NCBI RefSeq assembly: GCF_009914755.1
Contig: NC_060928.1
Origin: the human T2T-CHM13v2.0 reference genome, Homo sapiens
Reading direction: 5' to 3' (one strand)
Length of the DNA stretch: 64,000 nucleotides
Part shown: positions 57,456-64,000 of the stretch, one piece after another
Layout of the letters: every line of letters starts with the position of its first letter
How positions within the stretch are numbered: the stretch's first letter is position 1
Position numbers and translations under genes: made by a program
Notes under the pieces: model-generated
The model's database searches: none
What the model was told of the DNA's origin: nothing
The model's input: only the letters and a program-made list of their open reading frames with translations

Positions 57456-60400
57456 AGAGTCTGGTGTATCTTGCTATATCCTGCTTCCCTTTCTTTACAT
57501 GTGCTAATTCCTCCGCCAGCCCCTTGATCTCTTTTTGTCTCTTGCCAGACTCACTCATCCATCACGACCGCCCCTTGATGCCTCTCTTCCTCCTTATAGA
57601 CTTCCCTGACTTTTTAAGGAAAGTTGAATGTTTCTTACTTTGTTTTTTTTTTCTTCGAATCTCCCTTAAATCACCCCTCACATCATTTTACATTTATTTT
57701 TATGTGACATTATTTTCCATGCAGGAACCCTGTCATTCCTTTTCGCACGATCAGAAAAGGTAGCCTGGAACCTAGCCCATTGTAGACATCTTCCCCAAAT
57801 ATCATGCTTTTCTTTATCCTACAAAGAAAACAGTTCACATTTCTAGTTAATTAGTGCTAATTAAATTATACCCTTTGGATTTTAAATTTGTACTCTATAA
57901 AACAGTAAGAAATGTTCTTAGTAAAAACATCTTTTCCATTACCTCTGATCAGCATAATTTACACAAAGTGTGAAAAAGGTGTGTCTGCTTTAGTTTTTGT
58001 TTGCATTTCTAAACTGTACTTTCTGTTTCACTCTTCTGTATCATTCATTGCTGCTTTCATAGATGGTAGAGTGTGGGGGAAAGTGCATCAGGCCTCGTAG
58101 TCACACAGACAGCAGCTGGAATCCTGGTTGACCACTTACCTAGCCCTGTGAGCTTGCTTAAGTTTTTAAATTTAATTTCTCTGACCCTTAGGGTAGTCTT
58201 CTGAAATTAAAAATTATAAAATCCATAAAGTGGTGATATGAGGAGTAAGTGAAATAATACATATAAAGCACTTACAATCACTAAGTACTAGGTATTATTT
58301 AGATATCTAGTAGAGGTGCAAACACTTTTGCAACCTCAGTACTATTTGAATAAGATATTTTACTTTGAACAAAATAAATGGTGATTATTAAATATATGTA
58401 TGTATGTGTTGGTAATTTTGATGTTTAATGGATATTAATAGTGTAACATATGACCAGTACTCAATTCTCTTCTTCCCTTCCTCTCACCTTTTTTTTTTCT
58501 TAACGTAGTCATCACAACACTGAGACTATTTTGTAATGATAAACTTGGAGATTTATACTTCTCAGACGCATTGTTAATGTTTAGAAGTATTAGTAATTCT
58601 TACTGGTAATAATACTTGGAAGCACTGGTATATAGGGCTGGTGTTTCTTTGCTTTGAGGAAAATGAAAAAGTGTCAAAGAGACATAAGTCAGAGGATTTG
58701 CACAATACATAGAATTTTTGTCTCCAATGCTATACAGTGGAAGAAACACTCACTCCAATGCTTGGTTTAATCTCCCTCTACATTCATGTCAAAACCAGCT
58801 TATGTTCTTTGGCAAATATGAACAATCTAATTGTTTGCTTATATTTCCTTTTTACTCCAAGCTTGGTATTTTATTAATTCTATTTCTCAAATTGAACCTA
58901 AGTTCATTAATATCAGAAAAAAAGTAGTAAAACATTAGTTTTATGTTTAATTAGCCTGTAAGGGCGATCTAGCAAAAAACTTACGAAGCACCCTCCTACC
59001 CCCATGTAGTCCATTAACGATATGATATATAAATGGAAACATTGAAACGTTATTTTTTTTTTACTTTGTAATGAATGCCTATCTCTTACTGCTTTTTCTT
59101 TCAAACACAGGCCAATGCCTGTATTAACAGTATTTCAAAATCTAGTCATCAAATCTGAGAGGACAATAACTCTGTAGTGCTCAAAAGATAACCATGCTTC
59201 ATGCTAAAGCACCATGAGTTCAAGTTCTACCAAGGAGGACACAAAGGAAACTCTGAGTGCACTGCCCACTTTTAAAATATGAATTGCTAAAAAAAGAGAT
59301 GCTGAAGTTTAAAATAACAGCATGCAGATTTCTTTATAGAATTTAAAGAATGGAAAACACTTGCAAAAATATCGGCAGGCAGAGGCAGGAAGAACAAACG
59401 GTAACCAAATTGGTTCCTGTGACAAACCATAACATTTACTTTAAACCATCAGTGTGCTACTCAGTAAAAGGCAGGCTACCATTCTTTTAATAGATCCCAG
59501 GCCTTGTTAAACTCACTGGTCTGCAAGAATTACCCAGGTCAAGAGCAGGTCAAAAAGTGAAAACCCATGTGAAAGTAAACTTTAAAATATCTGCTTTTGA
59601 GGAGACTCAGCCGACTGTCTCCTCTGCAGTAAATACACTTCCGTTTTGTGTATGATATTGTTCAATATACTGTACTTAAAATACACACAGGTAACATAAA
59701 CGGCACTATGCTATTTTATATCCTTCCTATTAAGTGCAATTTCAACCTCTTCTGTAGTTTGTGAATCTTTCTTATGTACTTTCTAAAGCCTTAAAAAAAA
59801 CCCCACTAAACTTAATAAAGAGAAAGTTGTTACTCTGTTTTGAGTAGTTGCTTCTATTTTGTTTTAAAATATCTATGTTCTATTTAAAACTAGACCTTTG
59901 ATTCCCTCATAGTCAGAATAAAGAAGCTGGAGGGTGACTCACTGTGGAATTTATTTGCCTGGTAAACTGGGTATTAATCTGGCCTACAATACACTTGCTC
60001 CAGATTTTGTTCAAGTGTAAGGTCATACTGTGAAGCTGTTTTTCATTTTGTTTTATATGTGTTAATATAATGCCTTATGAATTACCCTAGAGTTTTGTTC
60101 TGACAGCTAAAAAGCATAATCGTTTTTCCTTTCAAGGGGATTGAAAGCAAAGCAATTCACTCTATATTTGAAATGATTTATCTAAGATCCTTTCTCTCAC
60201 ATCTTGCCTTAATGTTTGTAGAGAATATTCTTTGAGTTTTTACTGGTAGCATTGTATTTATCAAGCTCTTTGCCTTTTTGCCTGTTTCTCAAAATTGAGT
60301 CCATCTTTCAGTATGATCTTTTAGAGTTTATTGGCAAAACTGCCTGCAGAGTTAATGGGCACCATACTATGATTTTGATAGGAAAGAAATAGTCTCTTGA

Positions 60401-60699
60401 GAATTAAATCAGAGTTTTCCTGGTAGATAAAAAGAGATCCTTCTACTGTCTTCTAAGCAACAGGAGAAAAAGAGAGGCATAATTTTTCCTGCATTTAATT
60501 ATAGGATAAAGTGTCTGTATACAATGGCTATAAATGAACAATATAATTGCAAAAGATACAGTGTCAGTTTCTGAATGAAGAGGGAAAAATGACCACGTAT
60601 TTTCCTAAACACATGTAAAAATAACTAACGTCCAAACATATATAAGACGGTTGCCAAATGGTGATGATGGTGGTGGTGGTGGGAAGTGGTACTATTGAT

Positions 60700-60930
60700 A
60701 AGAGCTAATAGTTATGAAGCTCTTACCAAGTGCCTGGAATGTTCTGAATATTTCGTATGTATGAAATTATTTAATCCTCACAAAACCATATGAAGTAGGT
60801 AATATTATTGTGTTTCTGGGTTGCAGAGAGATTAGGTAAACTGCCCAAAGTCGCAGAGCTAGAAAGTGCAACAACCTGAATCAAACCCGGTAATCTTGTT
60901 CCAAAGCCTGTGCTTTTAAACCCAGTGCTA
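60700..60930 (-). mobile_element. MIR
   Basis: gctcttaccaagtgcctgg...atttaatcctcacaaaaccatatgaagtaggt...aggtaaactgcccaaagtcgcagagctag. Confidence 0.8.
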
Positions 60931-61784
60931 AATGATGTAAGATTTAAGACAACTTTAGAAGACTTCAGAGAGAGAAGAAATCACTTCCAACTGGTGTTAC
61001 TAAAGAAAGCGTACAGAAGGTGGGCTTCAGTTGATTGTGGAGCCTGAATAGTTGATTGTAGTTGTATGAAAGTACATTCTGGGGCTGTCTCTGTCCTCAT
61101 TGTTCCCCTGGCACCAAGCACTGGGCCTGGTGCACACCACACACATGATGATTAAATATGACCTGAATGGTCATGTATGTCATTATCTGTATCCCTATTG
61201 ATCTGGCAATACACCTTAATGTTGCAATACATTGATCTGGCAATACATTTAAATATGATGCTGTATTTAACTAAACATAAACTTTTTAAAAACCTCCATA
61301 ATACTTAAATGCACATATCTATGCCCTGCTCAAACTTTCCTCTTTAGTGAAACCTTTTTCATAAACCTATATAAATCCATTCACTTTTCTGTTTGCTCAG
61401 TATAATTCTAATAACTACAAAGAAGTGGGTTATATTTTTTTGTGTTCCAACTCTTTAATGTTTACTTGTTCTCTTCTTATTTTATACTCTTCTAGGCCAA
61501 AGTCATAGTAATTAATTTTATTTAGAATTTTGGCTCCTTTATGTATTTGATTGTAGTCCAGTTAACTGCTAACAATAGATATAAGTAGATAATATAAAAA
61601 AAGGATGAAGCAACAAAGGAGATTCAAATACGTTGTTTAAAATATTTGAATAACACTACCCATAGTTTTTAGCAATCAGTAGGGTTTTTGCTGAAGATCT
61701 TAAAAATCTTTACCCTCAGGGAACTTATAGCTTTGTGTTACATATAAAAGAAATAGCTGAACACAATATTTGTATTTTTAAAGA

Positions 61785-61995
61785 AAGATGGTTTTAGAGT
61801 CTGACACTTGTGGTTGCAAATCCCAGCTCTGTTGCCTCTGATCCAATGACAAGGGGAAAGTTAGTTAAACTCTTGAATGTCAAATTACTCATACGTCATA
61901 GAATTTTAATGAGAATTACATAATATATAAATATAATTTAATGTATAAATGCTTAGTGTAGTGTCTTTTGCATAAAGAGATTTTAATAAATGGTG
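61785..61995 (+). mobile_element. MIR
   Basis: ttttagagtctgacacttgtggttgcaaatcccagctctg...gttagttaaactcttga...tgtataaatgcttag...ttaataaatggt. Confidence 0.65.
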
Positions 61996-64000
61996 ATAGG
62001 GCTTATAATTATTATTGTTTTTAATTGTGGAAGGCATTCATAGGGATTCGTGTAATTATGTTGGTTGGAGCTTTCAGAAAAAGGTGGACCTTAAAGAATG
62101 AGTTAGGAAGAAAGGAGTGGGAAATATTTCAACAGGAGAAAGAGCATGGCCAAAGACACAGGGAAGGAATAAATCTGTCTCCTATTAAACTATGTGAGAA
62201 GTTGGCCAGAGTGGTGAGAAGTAGGAGCATTAGACTGATAGAGACAGGCATGTAGCCAAATGGCATTACTTGCATGCCTACATGATGTCGGGATATGCAA
62301 GCACAGACTTGCATTTTTTCTGAGCATAAATGAAAAGTCAATTAATGGCTCCTAAAGTGAGTATGGGGCATGAGGGAAGTGGTATTTTAGGAAGACTCGA
62401 TCTGGTTGGGATGTGGTTAGCCTGGAAGAGGAAGGAATTATAAGCGGGAAGGTCAACAGTGAGGCTTTTGTGTGGTAATCTAAAGATTTCAGGCATAGTC
62501 CACCAAATAATGATGGAAGCAGTAGGAGTGCCAGGTGAAGAGACCAAGAATCTGAGAGACTGTGAGAGATGATTTGAAATACGAAAGAGGTGTCAAAAAC
62601 AGAAAAGTCACAGTACTCAGCAGCTTCTGGTTTTTGTTTTTAACATTTAGGCATTTTAACATTTAAAAACTAGTGTTTCAAAAAATTGTAGTGACTGCCC
62701 TAAAACAACATTATCCTACAGCTCTTGTAAGATATTGTGATAATATGAAAGGTTAACTTAACTGGAAATTCAGAGTTTAATCTAAATAACAAGGTCTTCT
62801 AAATCTTATCAAATCTTAAACCACATTGTTTAAATTGAGTTTTATCATAACTATCTCTCCTTTAAGTAAATTACTTTCTGATGTGCTAGGGGAAAAAATC
62901 CTTTCACATTAACCAGATGAAGTAACATCAGTTTGCTTTTGAAATTGTCTATTTTATTATTTCATCATTCCTTCTTTCTGAAAAGTGAAACCTTAAAAGA
63001 AAAAAAATCTTAAGACAATATAATTATATCTTTTAATAATCTCAAAGGTAGAATGAAGATAAAGTAGAATATTAAGATCTTTTTACAAATGAGGGGGAGG
63101 GGATTTGTGCTACATTACTCAAACTGATGCTCTGGAAACTCGACCAGGAAAAAGTCACTTTCTCAGGGGGTAAAAGCATTATTCGTATTATAGGGAAGTG
63201 TAGTCCAGCATCTCATTTTTAAAAGCCATTGGTCTTTTATTAATGCCATTGACATTAGGATAAGGTTTTGTTTTAGCACATTATTGTCAAATATTTCTAA
63301 AACAAACATAGTTGCAGAAATAATGCTTCTACTTTTCATTGCTAATGAGAAATAATGGAATGAAAGAGTCATGGAAATAATTTAGATATGGGTACAAAAA
63401 CAAAACCGTTCCAAACTATTAACTTTTTCTTAAATCAAGTTTTTCATTTTCATTATTTTACTCAAGACTGCAGGTTTAAAAATGTAAACTTCAGAATGAA
63501 ACTGAAATGATTTAGTTTTTGAAATGGATGGTAATGTATTTTGTTTTAGTTTTGCATGCATACCGAAAAACACAGTTATTACAGATGGGATGTTTTATTA
63601 ATATTATTTCTCAAATAAATAAATTTTGTGGTCATTCATTTTAAATTACATAACATCCTGGATTTTGGTTAAGTATCATTTTAAAAACTGTACATATGAT
63701 GAAATAAATCAGGCAAAATATTTAGAACTTTAGTACATAACTTTTAAAATAAGAGGATAAATATGATGACACAAAATTGATATGATTAGGTTACAGTTAT
63801 CATTAAATAATATGGATACCAGTTTTTATTAATTTGGCTCAATTGGAACTTTCAAAAAAATTATAACAAGAGTAATGTTCACTTAAAAACTATTTTTAGA
63901 AATCTATTCTTTCTGATTTTGCATCTTATCCCTTCGACTAGGAAAGAAAACTGTCTAGAGATGAAGAATGTGAGCCTTTGTTACAGAGTTTGCACCATTT

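Noticed and set aside
59075-59406. Plus-strand acceptor (cttac...tttttctttcaaacacag at 59110) with a weak donor at 59401
   Set aside because: All three frames close quickly and the donor is poor; such sites are common by chance.

Overview
AT-rich primate (most likely human) non-coding DNA. I found no recognisable cellular protein-coding exon. The window is dominated by interspersed repeats: 14 Alus, a full-length but inactivated L1PA2-like element (30687-36735, minus), a 5'-truncated older L1PA (51356-52812, plus), solo LTRs (THE1, MST, MLT1, MLT2A), DNA-transposon fossils (Tigger3, MER5, MER53, MADE1) and many MIR/L2 remnants. Most Alus, most LTRs and the full-length L1 lie on the minus strand, which suggests the intron of a large plus-strand gene (not identifiable here). 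The most unusual structure is at 43.35-46.15 kb. An MLT2A LTR carries an expanded, partly self-inverted (TA)n-CTCCCA minisatellite. A 356-bp copy of unique DNA from about 1.2 kb downstream sits at the edge of that minisatellite in inverted orientation (354/356 identical), with short fold-back palindromes at both junctions. Retrotransposition oddities include an L1 plus Alu fragment inside one target-site duplication (TSD), two Alus inserted at the same nick, and a non-L1 segment inside an L1 tail. I found no evidence of a new coding system. Repeat subfamily calls come from remembered consensus sequences, and boundaries of old repeats are approximate.
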